Source of the DNA: Takakia lepidozioides
Lineage: Eukaryota; Plantae; Bryophyta
NCBI GenBank assembly: GCA_030704615.1
Contig: CM060732.1
Location: 74,462,001 to 74,526,000 of the forward strand
DNA length: 64,000 nucleotides
Direction of reading: 5' to 3'
The position numbers and the translations under genes are program-made. Positions 38,201 to 50,580 of this stretch are shown here, piece after piece. How positions within the stretch are numbered: position 1 is the stretch's first letter; every line of letters starts with the position of its first letter. The notes beneath the pieces are model-generated. The model had not been told where the DNA came from, ran no database searches, and saw nothing but the letters and a program-made list of their open reading frames with translations.

Positions 38201-40766
38201 CTATGTCACCATTCACACAATTCTCGAACCGTCATGAATATACAAATACAGTGGCCTGACACATGACATTCAAAGACTGTCTACCTACACCATTTAAAGC
38301 TACACCAAGTGCTGTCAAATAAGATTCTAACCACACATTTTTTTAATGCAAAATTATCATCTTGTTCAAAGCAGGCCCCGAGGACAAAGTACAAAATAAG
38401 TTGCACTGAAGCTTGCAATTCGTGATACAGTCTTTTGTGCAGTTGTTGCTCCACTGTTGCTCAAGACCCTCAATCTTGAAGCCACATGCCATGTAAATGG
38501 AGGATATTGGTAAAGGTGGTGTCATACATACCTTTCAAGCCCCAGATCGAGAATAATATCTTCAGCTCGCTGTATCTTTTGTGCACGAGTGAGTGAGTTG
38601 GGTAAGCGGAGTATTGCAGCATACGTAAGTGTCTCTCTCACTGTTAAATTTTGGAACAATACATCATCCTGTGTGACAAAACCCATTCTGATGACCCAGT
38701 AGGACACGATTAGCCATCTATTCTCAGGTGCACTTAACCGATGTGACACTGATTTTGGACGTGTACTCAACTCGTACTCAAGTGCTGAATTCCAGTCCTG
38801 AATGCAAAAAGATCAATTTCTCGCGGCATCTAGAGCCTTCCCTACAAGTGCACTAAAATATTTAAACTCGGCAACCAAACAATACTAGAAACAATTGGTG
38901 CCTGCTGCCAGGAGTGGGTTCTGAGGTAAATAGACCAGATTGACAAATCGACCAAGACCCGTGGACAAGCATCCCTGCGCCAAGCCTTGACAGAAGTGCT
39001 CTTTTCGACATCGTGCCCAACTAGACAGTCAAGACCAACTGGCATGGACCAGACCAAGTGACTACAAGACCTCAGCTCATGGAATGCATTCATGCCCTTG
39101 ACACTCAGGTTTCTAGGTATTGGTATGCTAGACAACTCAGAAATATACTTCAATGAATGTGCAATAGAGCTACAATAAATTAGTGCACAGGATGTAAGAG
39201 GACACCTTCTTTTGAGAGATTTATGGTAGTTCAGATCATTGTAAGTGATACTGCCGGACAGACTATGCCGCGCCCTACCACCAAGCAGATTGAGAAGAGT
39301 AGTTTTTCCACTTCCTGACGGCCCCATCATTGCAAGGACTTCTCCAGGCATTACTACCCCTGTTATTCCATGCAGTATTTCTTTCTCCCAGGCAGGCTGT
39401 CTGTTGAACTTCAGTGGCCTCTTGAGATTCCAATCAGTCTGGGATTGCAATGTCACTTTACATACCACATCGACGAACTGTCGATCCAATCATCCACGTG
39501 TTTCAGAAAATAAGAACCCTCATGCGTGCGCACTAGTTAGAATTTTGTGACTCATACATGTCGGACTTCATGCCAGCCAAACAGAAGGCTTGGTGCTGAC
39601 TGCAACTAATCCTGGAAACCCACGGTCAGCATGTGCACCATCGACACGTCGTACATTTAAGTGGAAAGTGGAGTCATCATCATTCTGAACATTTTTTATC
39701 ACAAGAAGTTTTCAAGAGCTCTAACATCTTTTCAACAAGACGGCAAATTTTTGAGATTTCCATTCATGAGCCCGAGCAAGCTTCCTAGAGCAAAGATGCC
39801 CATTTGAGGATAGCAGCGTTCGTGCAGGAAATTTTAAAGAAGTCGATGACGTTGAGCCTGACACCTAATTCAGAGCTAGAGATCAAACATGTATGCAAGT
39901 TGACGAGTTGATATCAATCAAGTATCAATCGAGGTCTAATATTGAGGATCAAAACTTGAATCCAATACTTTCCTGTTGTACCTATCTTCAGCACATGTGC
40001 TAGCTAACACGCACTCAAACAAATTTTAAGCGTACCTTCAGCAGAATAGGCAAAGGCGGCTTGCGATCGGAACACTCAAAGCCTGGCTTCTTGTTTTCGA
40101 TGTCCACAATATATTCAAATGTATGAGCTGCATACCGCGCCCCAGCGTCCTCCACTGCAAAATCACGCGTTTGTGTGAGATCGAGCTCTATCTGGGATGG
40201 TCGTCCTCCTAAATTCATATCTATGACCTGGATCACAGCTTTACATTGTAATGCTCTCGATCGTTGTTGTCTGAGTACAACCTTAGCCACAAAACAATTT
40301 TGTGATCCAGTCACACTTCAACGTCCTTTCACATTGCAATCTAGAATGGAAGATCCCTTGTTCTTGATTGTTCACCTCAATCAAGAGAGTTCTACAACAT
40401 CTCACATAAGGAGCTGGGTCCTTACGGGAAATTCCATCCAATGGATACATATATCTGATCATATCGAGAGTTTTGAGTGCATGAATTTTTTTGAAGGCAC
40501 GTGCATAGTTCAACAGGCTTACCATTAGACATAATGCCCGTGTTGGCTGGAACCTGAACAGGCCCAGCTATTGAAAAAGAGAGCCCGCGGTGGCTAGCTG
40601 CACTTGAATCCCTGCACCACCTGCTCACCCTCCTCACAAATCTATCAACTACTCTCAGCCCCTTGTCTGCAGTCCCAGCTGAACACCACTACAACTTGAC
40701 CGTCTCGGAGTCCGCAGGCAACTGAGTCTACTTACTAGCTGGGCCCAATGGGAAATCCCCATCCAT
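35203..40766 (-). CDS. Half-size ABCG (WBC) transporter, ABCG22/26/27-like clade, 11 exons, ~695 aa
   Basis: Exons 40766-40736, 40597-40523, 40154-40036, 39477-39206, 38687-38532, 38200-38017, 37524-37216, 37003-36719, 36280-35996, 35744-35637, 35466-35203 (2088 nt, in frame). Walker [10 protein letters not shown], signature VSGGERKR, Walker [22 protein letters not shown]-terminal TM domain. The first three exons are less certain. Confidence 0.92.
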
Positions 40767-42114
40767 TATCTTTTTTATAAATAGAAAGGGGGACGGAGGC
40801 CGTGACGGTTGCCGGGTGAAAGAAGTAGGCTGGCCAGGGCAACACGGCAATATATGTATATCAATATGTGAAGTGAGACGTTTGTTTTGTTGGCTCTCTT
40901 GCTTTGCATCATGTTGAAGTCAATGGAGAAAATGTGGACAAGGGACCTTACACCGTGTCAAGGATCAGATTGGTGTGTCGTGCTGAGTCATGCCCCTTAC
41001 TCTCACCCTCCTCCTATATGTTTTGCCAAAGCAAGAGAGCCCATCGCCGTTTTTGTTTGTTTTGTTTTGTTTTGTGCAGCTGTGGACTCTAAAACAATAA
41101 ATCTAAATTTAACCAATTGTGATAACGGCAAAAAGCCGCAGATAGGCTAGTATCTGGCTGGGAAGTGCACAATGTGTTGCCCTGATGGTTCGGGTTCAAA
41201 CCCGCCCTGCCCCCTTTGTGGGATTGTTCCTGACAATATATATGGGCGTTGTTCGTCCTGTAGGTCTCCATGGCCCATAAATGAAGGGGGGTTAATCTTT
41301 CCCCCTCCTCAAGGGCCTGAATTGTGGGTTGTCGCTCCCAGGTTTCCTATAGAAAAAACCAGGTGTAGAAATTGTGCAATGTTTCAATAGGTCTGGCCGT
41401 AGACGGCGTAACTAAGAGTCACTTTGCCTTACGGCTATTGTCCCCTTTAAGGAGAGGGCCCTATAAATTTCAATAGGTGAAAGTAGTTTAGAAATCTATC
41501 AAATCTTTGCCAAGATATGGACTTTTTTATACACCAAAAAATAGGTGTTTTCATTAGTCCATAACATATTTTTTTTGGATTTTTGGGATATCATATTTTA
41601 CTAATAAATATACAAACCATATAATTTAAGATGGCTAGGTGGAATATGGACAAATGGTCATACACACTAAGATTTGACTCTTCAAAGTTTTTTTCAATTA
41701 AATATTATAATTTCTAATAAATAACATAGTTAGACCCTTTACTAGAGATGTTAAGTATACTATTTGTCTATTTTTATAAGAATCAAACTGAAAAAATATC
41801 CTCCAAAATGAAAAAAATCATGGACTTATCACCATCTGCCAAAACTGGGACAGTGTAGCTTGCAACTGCCCCCGAAATGCCAAACCGTCCTTCTTCTAGC
41901 ATCAGTCTTGCTAAGACCTCAGCGAGAGTCGGAAGTTACATGTTTCAATTTAAGGTCTACAATACCCCTCCAAAGCTATCATTGAGCATTAATCTTGTGG
42001 CTTTGTTTGATAACATGTTCAGGTTTTAGGGTTTGAGAAACCTCCAACTTTCCTTGGGGTGATGAAAGCAGCAATGAAAGGCATGATGTGGTCTATGAGA
42101 GAGTCAAATTTACA

Positions 42115-42955
42115 TAGTGTTGTGCGGGTTGTGCCTTTTTAAGGAACCCGCCGGGTCCGGGTACGGGTATTTTTTTGGAGCCTAGTCCGGGTCCAGATCC
42201 GGGTTTTTGAAATTTGGGAAATCCGGGTCCGGGTTTCTCAACACGGACTCGGGTCAGGGTCCGGGTAGTTGTTGGAAAATATTAGTGGGTTCACGGGTTC
42301 AGATCCGGGTCCTAGTTAATTTATTAAATAAATTAGAAAATTAAGATTAATTAGAGATAAAATTATTTTTGGCTGAAATAAAATGAATTCTATTTCAGGA
42401 CACATTCCTTCAAAAAATACCATGAATATGTATTGCTCATTCAACATAAGAATTAAAATAGAAATTGAGTTCCATTCTTCAATATCAATTTCGAAACATG
42501 TTAACAATAGTAATATGCCTCAAGGCTCAAAGATCAGTGCGAGCCAACCTCATAATAATAATACATGACGCCGGGAGGTATAAATTATGGTGTCATTGGA
42601 CCCTACAGGACACAGCTTTGTGACACCAATCCGTGGATTGAACCCACAACCATTTTATGTGGCTACAACTTGGTGGGGGCTGGTAGGCTGTTGCAGCGGC
42701 CTATTGTTCGACACATTGCAGAACCTACCACATATAAGGTTGACCTCGCATGCCCCTCCTAAAAGTAAGACCCGGATCTTGACCGCGGGCGAGCGGGTTT
42801 ACCGGGTTCTGGACCGAGCAAGCAGGTCCGGGTTCATTTTAAAATGAAACCGGGTCAGGGCCCGGTTTTTGGGGATAGCACGGGTGCGGGTGCGGGTAAC
42901 CCGGATCCTAACCCGCCGGGTACCTAGGGTCAAAACCCGGACCCGCACAACACTA
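42115..42955. mobile_element. Non-autonomous hAT-like element/MITE
   Basis: Perfect 15-bp TIR TAGTGTTGTGCGGGT / ACCCGCACAACACTA. Many CCGGGT/ACCCGG subterminal repeats and an AT-rich core. No 8-bp TSD visible. Confidence 0.7.
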
Positions 42956-44964
42956 GGTGGGAGCCTTAAATCTCATCTTTTGAAGTCCCTCACCCTGTTC
43001 AACATTATTTGGATAAATGATCCTGATAGGGATGAGATGATCAACAACATCCCAAATATCCGCTTGAACGAGGATGTTGTGGATTCTGAACTTCCAAGTG
43101 GACTAGTAGTTCAATGGCCCATGAAGCCTCAAAACGAGCCTGAAGCATATATTCCCTTCTTCTCAAGAAACAAGTTTTCACAACAAAGGGGCAAGCGGAA
43201 AGAGTAGGCGATGCGCGAGAGGAGGATCAAACACAAGGATCTGACACGCATGAGCCCTCATCCAAAGCTTGTACACCAAATTCACATATACACTAACACC
43301 CGAATATCTGCCTTGACCTTGTGTCAGGGCGCCGTCTTTATACAAAAGACCTAGCTTCAGTTGCCCGCTGCGTGGCGAGGCATCACAAGCCAAAACCCAC
43401 GGTGTTGTTCTATCACCCTAGATTAGATGAAGGGCCAGGATGTGGCCACCAGCCAAAATAACCCTAATCTAAATATCATTGTAACGGTTTAACGACATTA
43501 TATGCCAAAAAATTTTACTATGGATGTGTATCGCCGTTTTGGATGAAACAGGTCATTTCTAGCCTAGGCAAACATGGGCCATCACATATGTGAAGCCTAC
43601 CCCCCACAAAAAATCTTGAGCTCCGCGAAGGAAAACAAATAATGAGGAAATATCACCCTCCACTGCTAGGTGAAAAACCTACCAAGGAAAAATCTGGCAC
43701 CTGCAAGTTGGGTCGAGGACAAAATCCTGCAGAGAGTACAGATGGTGATATACCATGAAAACTAAAATATTTCTAAATCCCAGAGAGGTCAAGTCATAGG
43801 ACCCCAAGAGTCACCATTCGCAAACTAAGACTAGACCGCTGAAGAGAAGATGATCAAGCTGAAGAAGATCGGCTAAGAAGATCAAGACATCACCCCACCG
43901 TGCGCCCCTCCACATTGATACAATGTGTAAGATCAAAAACTAGCTCGGAATGCACCAAGTCCATCGAAGAAACAGGTTCATCCCGCACTTCAGTATTAGA
44001 GCCTTATAGAAGAAGGAGAGCACATCGCCCACGTAAAATCTGATAGATCAAGTATGGACCGTCGATCTTGAGCTTAGATTGGCATGCATGTTTGTCATGT
44101 TGTAATCGAACGCACACGGTTTGGCCCACCTGAAACATGTTAGAATACTTGACCCGCTTGTTAAAATTACGGGCATGGGTTAGCTGAGCCCCTGGGGGAT
44201 GCACTCCTCATTAAATGTACCAGCCACGTGCGTGCACAGGAGGGGGTATTTTAAACCCCCCCATGTACAACATTATACATACAGAGGGAGGTTTAAAACA
44301 CCTTAAATATAATTTTACAGGAGGGGGTTGGTGAGTTTTAAGGGGTAGTGTAGTGGTAAGAGTGGCGTTTAGGCCGCGATGCATCGCGGGATCATTTTTT
44401 TTATTTTTTATTTTTTTTTGGTCCACTACTACATATTAACGTTTTTATGACTACGGGTGATATAAACCTTGGTAATCATGACTATATATGTGACTATGAA
44501 ATGATGAAACCCATTGTTGGGTGAATTTTAATATATTTTAATCTAATGTAGTCATACGTTTTACTACATGACTAGGAGCCGCGGTCAAATATTGTTGACC
44601 AAGAACAGAGGCTTGGTTTATATAACTAGTAGTCATACGCAATACTACACGTCAGACACGTGCCACATAAGCTTATGAGTAAATGAAGGAGGGAGGCCCT
44701 ACAAGTAATTATAGGCATTCACTATGTCATTTCCCCAAAAAACCACCAACTGTCGAGGGCGGCGGTACCTCTATTCTCTTCTCCTCTCTCCCCATTTGTC
44801 AGGGTTTTTGTCATGTAAGAGTCTACTCATACCAGTGCATGGTTCTCCCGGTCCAACTCCACAGTGGGAATAGAGGCATTTTATGTCAAGAGAGGTAGGG
44901 GCAAATTTACTTTGGCAATGATGATGGCCTAGATGGAAAAATATGGATTGTTGCTGGTGCCAGC

Positions 44965-45180
44965 TCTAGAGGGCTGTCAGTTGTGAACAAGGAGGATTTG
45001 GAGGAAGTTTTTGACCCTGACGAGTATGACAAGAAAATAAAGAAATCTTTTGTGCTCAATTTATTATGAGTCAGAGGATGCCGAACTTGATGAAGACCCA
45101 AAAATTTGGATATCATAGAGAAGCCTAATTTTGAGGATGAAGATGAAGCATTGGGACTGCCAAAGGACTCTGATAAGAAG
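44965..45180 (+). pseudogene. Captured KRI1 (ribosome biogenesis factor)-like gene fragment
   Basis: DLEEVFDPDEYDKKIKKSF..EKPNFEDEDEALGLPKD matches, from memory, the KRI1 motifs DLE.EFDP.EYD and EKPDF..EDELLGLPK; interrupted by stops. Confidence 0.65.
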
Positions 45181-45416
45181 ATAGGCTTTGTTGCTGTACA
45201 CGAGAAGCAAAAGATACTAATCTTACTCTCATTTTTTATCTTCAAAACACAACAGCTTTGTTTGGAAATCAATTTTTGGGTGATCTCAAATTGAGTTGAC
45301 AACAAAAATAAATTGCAACACCTAATTTAAAGTTCATATGAAAAAAGATATAAATGAAAGTAGACTAGTTTAGACTGGGCAAAAATTTCGCAAAGTGAGC
45401 CACTGTAGCATGCTTC

Positions 45417-45478
45417 TGCCCTGCCCACAAACTCAACATCAAATACGAGTGTTGAATTGGGGGGTATGACACACAACC
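45417..45478 (-). pseudogene. Captured last-exon fragment of an FKBP-type peptidyl-prolyl isomerase
   Basis: TTGCAG| acceptor followed by GLCVIPPNSTLVFDVEFVGRA, the FKBP C-terminal signature IPPN.TL.F.VE. Confidence 0.75.
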
Positions 45479-46434
45479 CTGCAATCCAGCAACTTCTCAC
45501 GGTTTAGAAAAGACCTTTCAAAAATGAAGAGAAGGAAGAGAATGAAATGGAACTATGTGGTTCAGGGATGGATTAAATGGGGCAGCTTGGCATGAGATGG
45601 CCCTTGGGTTGTTGCCTACAGTGAAACAGAGAATATGGCATGCTATTGGAGGCATATCAATCGTTGAGGCTATGTGCTTCCCCAACCACAGCTTAAAAGA
45701 AAAAAGAGGTTGCATCAACAACGATTATGGATATTGGATTGCAAGATTGCTACCACAAGTAAGCGATGTGTAGGATATGGTATAATTGTAGGTCTTCCAC
45801 CACAACCAAGTGGTGTAAGTATTTTACTCGTGAAATAGCTTTGAACCACCAAAAACCTCCCATGTTGGTCATAGTGGTAGAAGGGGTGAAGGTGCACAAG
45901 GCCAAGTTTGCAGGATATTGCTATGCATGTCACCCCGTCTACAACTCTACAAATGGGCAAAGAATTGACAGGATCAAAGCGTGAATTGTACCAATATCAT
46001 TGTGGATATTGCCCTGGCGTAGATGTATGCCAAATGTGGCAATATGTTGTTGTAGTTGAAGCTAGACAAAGGCCCAAGTATGTGGGTATGGGCTTTTTTT
46101 GATATAGGGATATTACTGCAGGTTGCCAGCGATGAAATCAGTGCTAATAGTTGCACAGTGGAAGATATTGGAAGTGTAGAATGGTGAAGTGTCAGACTGG
46201 GTCACTTCCCAACTTCTGGGTGCCAATGTTTTACAATCTGGATATGAATAAATGGCCCTACTAGTGGCCAATCCACTAGTGCTTGATCACAACAGCTTAT
46301 ACTCGGAGGAATTGTGAGCATATTTGAATATCAATGTTCATTGATAGGTGGTACCCAAAAAAATGTGACTACATGGGAACAGAAGAGTACATTTATTTGG
46401 AATGACAGGTAATACATGCACAAGAGTAGCATAT

Positions 46435-49400
46435 CTAATTGCCATCGACTGAATCCGTGTCTGTGAATATGGAGGTATCTGTGTCATCATCACTGACCAT
46501 AGCCTCAACGTCGGTGGAAGTATCTGTGTCTTCATGACAGACCTGTTGGTCAACTGGGGGTTGTACCTCGCGTCGTCGGTATGGGGGTCGGAACAATGAG
46601 GCCAGCTGCTCTGGTGTCACTGTCTGAATTCGGTTGTGAGTTCGGCCAATACTCAATGTCTCTTGTAGTTGTTGTGGAGTTAACAAGCCTTCAACTCTTG
46701 TCAGATCATCAATAGAAATTGAGATATCACACACCACTCTCTGTGATCGGGGGCTCTTCTCCAATACAACTTTCCATTGTCGTTCCTTCACACACTCAGA
46801 AAAAAGACTTGATCAACATGTACTGGCAATACAAAAGGCTGTTCAGAAGGTGGTAGCATTTGATTGAAATTGACCAATGTGAAGCCACAATCATCTTCCT
46901 TCATTAATCTGGGTTGACGACCCACATTTTGGGCCCGTACCCAGGAGCACAAAAACACTACAGCCGTGTAATTTCATAGTCAATTTGCAAAATCTTCCTG
47001 ATAAGACCCACATACCATACAGATTCCGTCTCATGCTTGAAAACTGATGAGACTCCATAATCAAAGGATGTCATACTTTATGTGTTCATGCCTGGGGATG
47101 TAGCCCTGTAATGGTTGCCATATCCTGACATACTCTTGTATGTCAAGGCATAATATGATGACCTCCGTCACGTCAGGTTCCGGGAATATTCTAGTAAAAA
47201 AAATATCAGATAAAATATTGTCACTTAAGCAGCCACGTCGCCGACACGGTGGCGGTGACAAATACATTTTGGAAAATAATGGCGGTCGCTTTATATTTCA
47301 GAAATTTAGAAATAAGAGCGACCGCCAATTCTGGCAGTCGCTTTATATTTCGGAATTTTAGAAATAAGAGCGACTGCCAACATGGCGTTCGCTTAATTTT
47401 TTTTATAAAAACAACAAAATTGGTGGTCGCATTGGCGGTCGGCTAATTTTTTTTTTTAAATAGCAACCTCCGTATTGGCGGTCACATAATTTTGAAAATA
47501 TATAAAAAAAACAAGCGACCGCCATAATATGGCGGTCGCTTCAATTAAAAAACAAAAACAAAAACAAAACAAAACAACGACTGCCATAATATGGCGGTCG
47601 ATTTATTTTAAAAATATTACAAATATTAAAATATACTCATATTTATTTTATTTTATTTTTTAAGAACAGGGTGATAGTAGCCCTGTAAATTTATTAAAAA
47701 GGAGGTAAGGAAAAAATAACCTTACAGAGAGCCATAAGGCTGATGACTGAGATACCACTCTGAGCCCGCAGATCTAAAGAGAGGGGGGGAGATAAAGTGG
47801 ACAAAGCTAAGGCATGGCAGAATATTTTTCATTTCAGAAAATGCAGCGACCGCCAGTAATGTCGGATGCATTTTATTTTTATTTTCTTAAATAGAGCGAC
47901 CGCCATTATTGGCGGTCGTTTTTTTTTTTTTTTTTTAAATAGAGCGACCGCCGCGGTCGCTTGTATATTTTTAATTTCTGAAAATACAGCGACCACCAAT
48001 AATGACGATCGCTTTTATTTTTTGTTTTTTTAAACAGAGCGACCGCCATTATTGGTGGTCATTTTATAAAAACAATAGACCGACCGCCATTATTGGCGGT
48101 CGCTTGTATAATTTTAATTACTTTATTGAAGGACTATTTTACTCAAAGGGGAAAAAACACACAAAGTAGGAGGAAAAACCCTCAAGGAGAAACCTCAAAT
48201 GGGAAAACAACCCTATTACTCGGAGCCCATTACAAAAAGGGGGAAAAACCTCAAGGAACAAACACAGGTAGCGTCTTTTGATCCCTCTTCACACATGTCT
48301 GCAGTTCCATCTAAGGCTACTGAGTCTGCGCTTCGCACACTACAACACATACCATATCGGAGGCATATTGGAAAGTCTAAAATCAAGTCAAGGGAATCCT
48401 GGATAGCTGCTCACATCTCACATCAACCATGGGTAAACTGCATGTGAGGTGAAGTCCAAACATGCCCTTCTAATTTCATCTCTATGACTTACTTTGGGGT
48501 TCTGAGCGACAGCCTGCTTTAGCGTGCCATCTCCTTGGCAAAGGTCCACTGCTACCCTCACATCTCTATACATTTGTGCATAGCTGCAAAGGGCAAAACT
48601 ACCGTGAGATGACCCGAAAATGCGGTTTTTATAGTACCCCATGTGCAGCAACCTGCACGCTCCGTGGCTGTTTGTCTTGCATTTCATAAGCCACACTGTG
48701 ATTTGGTCCATGGATGGAAGGAATTAGCATGAACTTGTGTTGTATAAATATCAATGGTCGAATGCATGTGTGGTCAAATTGGACCATGCGGTTGGTCACT
48801 ATCATGTGCATTCCAGTACCCCTGTCAACCATGTCAACCATCATATGGCCTCGGACATCTTGCAAATGCAGATAGTAATCAGCAGCGAAAAACAAATGAA
48901 TCTCTCCTCCAAAATCATAGGAGAATATGTTTTTGACCTTTGCTTTGTATGGTGTTGAATGCTCCACATTCTCCTGAACAACCACATTGTCCCCACACTT
49001 GTAGAGAATTCCTCTGAGCAACACTGACTTGTACAGTTTGATGGTTGTGTGAAAAGATCCCACATTCCAAGCGCCTAAGACTCCAGTCTGCATCAAGTGC
49101 TCTTGTAGATACGTGTGTGTATGTTCATCCATATTTACCAGGAGGTCCTTGTCATTCTTCTTACCAAGTAGTATTCCTTTCATTCTCATCAATTGCAGGC
49201 ATGTCGTGCCTTCCAATGCTTTGAGTTTTTTCCATAACTCAAGCGTTTTTTTTATAGAAGTGACCTTCAACGCGCACTTCAAATGCCATGCTTGACAAGC
49301 AATATCTCTGCCAACCTCCCAATTAGCACGTTCGGGGACATAAACACTGCATGAATTGCAAGAATATCCCTTTGGGCTCCCTGCATACCATCTATGTCCA

Positions 49401-50580
49401 AGAAGACATGACCTTGAACTTGTGTGAACAATTGGCGGGAATAGTACCTGATGAATGAAACTTCCATTTGTTTTCTATTTGTATTGATTCGATGGTAGCG
49501 AGTAATCTCTCTCTCGTATGGGAAACACCAGTACAATTCATGAGGCCCAAATCGTACCACATCCTCAAGGATGTGCCCTTACTGCCTTACACACTTTGGC
49601 CACATCCTGAAGAGCATTGGCATCACCTTGAAGCTCCAGAAATAATTTTGATGTGAAAGACTTGAACAGGTTCAAACTGGCAATATGCATTACATCGTAA
49701 GTCAAGTCCTGGCTTATATCAAACCCATATAAATGGTATAAAGTCCAAAGAGCAGACTCTCCCGATATGCCCCCTTCTTGCAGAATTTGACGTTTCTCTT
49801 CTTCTGAAGATGCACGCTTTCATGCCCGCACACTGGTGTACAATGCTTCAGATGTGCGTCTCGGTGGTGGATTTAGTAATTGTCTCCTATTCCCATCGTA
49901 GACATATCTCCCATCACGGGCTGTCGATTGCATGATACATCGTCTGCATCCAGATTTGTCTGATTGTTTGACCATCCCAATGCTACATTGGGCAGGGTGG
50001 TCCCCTGCAGGAGGGTATGAAATAGGTGCTTCAAATCCATCTAAGAAGGAACCTTGCAATTCCTCAATTAACGGCTTCAAAAAAGCAGTCTTGGAATTTT
50101 TGACTCTATCCAAAAGTCCATCGTGAATAGAGTCCAAATGGATGAAAAGAATAACAAGGAGACCTAAATCACTATCTTTGTCTACATTCAAGATTATCAC
50201 CTCTACAACCCATCAATTCCGATTCGTGTGCCGAGTGGATGAGAACCCATCCCAGTGGGCCATGATTGCAATATTTCTCGGATCTCCTTTCACCATTACT
50301 CTGCGAGCGAGGATTGGCTGTCTACAATGCGTACATTCAAAATCATATAGCATTCTATGTGGATCCCATGCACCCTCCAATACCTCGCTCCTTCCTGGAA
50401 ATGATTTGTAGCTCTGCCCACATTGTGTATTCCTGCAAAGGACATGTAGTTCCCATTGTGACTCCGGATCCCAAAATTGTTGATAGGCACGCAACTTCAC
50501 TCCATCCCAAAAGTCCTTTATGGTGGTAGGCACGTCCCCAACACCCTTACCCAACCACCGATCTCGAGCTCTGAACAAAA
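46435..50580 (-). pseudogene. CACTA TnpD-like transposase remnant in two blocks (50580-~48270 and ~47060-46435)
   Basis: DFWDG, DPRNIAIMAHWDGF, FLKPLIEEL, GDHPAQ..GCRRC, YDVMH, GPHELYWCFPYERE, and DUF4216-like DDCGFTLVNF..EQPFVLPVHVDQVFF..WKVVL. Many stops and frameshifts. Confidence 0.85.

Noticed and set aside
41140-41210. tRNA/SINE-like B-box GGTTCAAACCC (another on the minus strand near 42635-42650)
   Set aside because: No cloverleaf, convincing A-box, tail or TSD.
44373-44388. Perfect 16-bp palindrome CCGCGATGCATCGCGG as a Helitron 3' hairpin
   Set aside because: No CTRR terminus at the expected distance on either strand.
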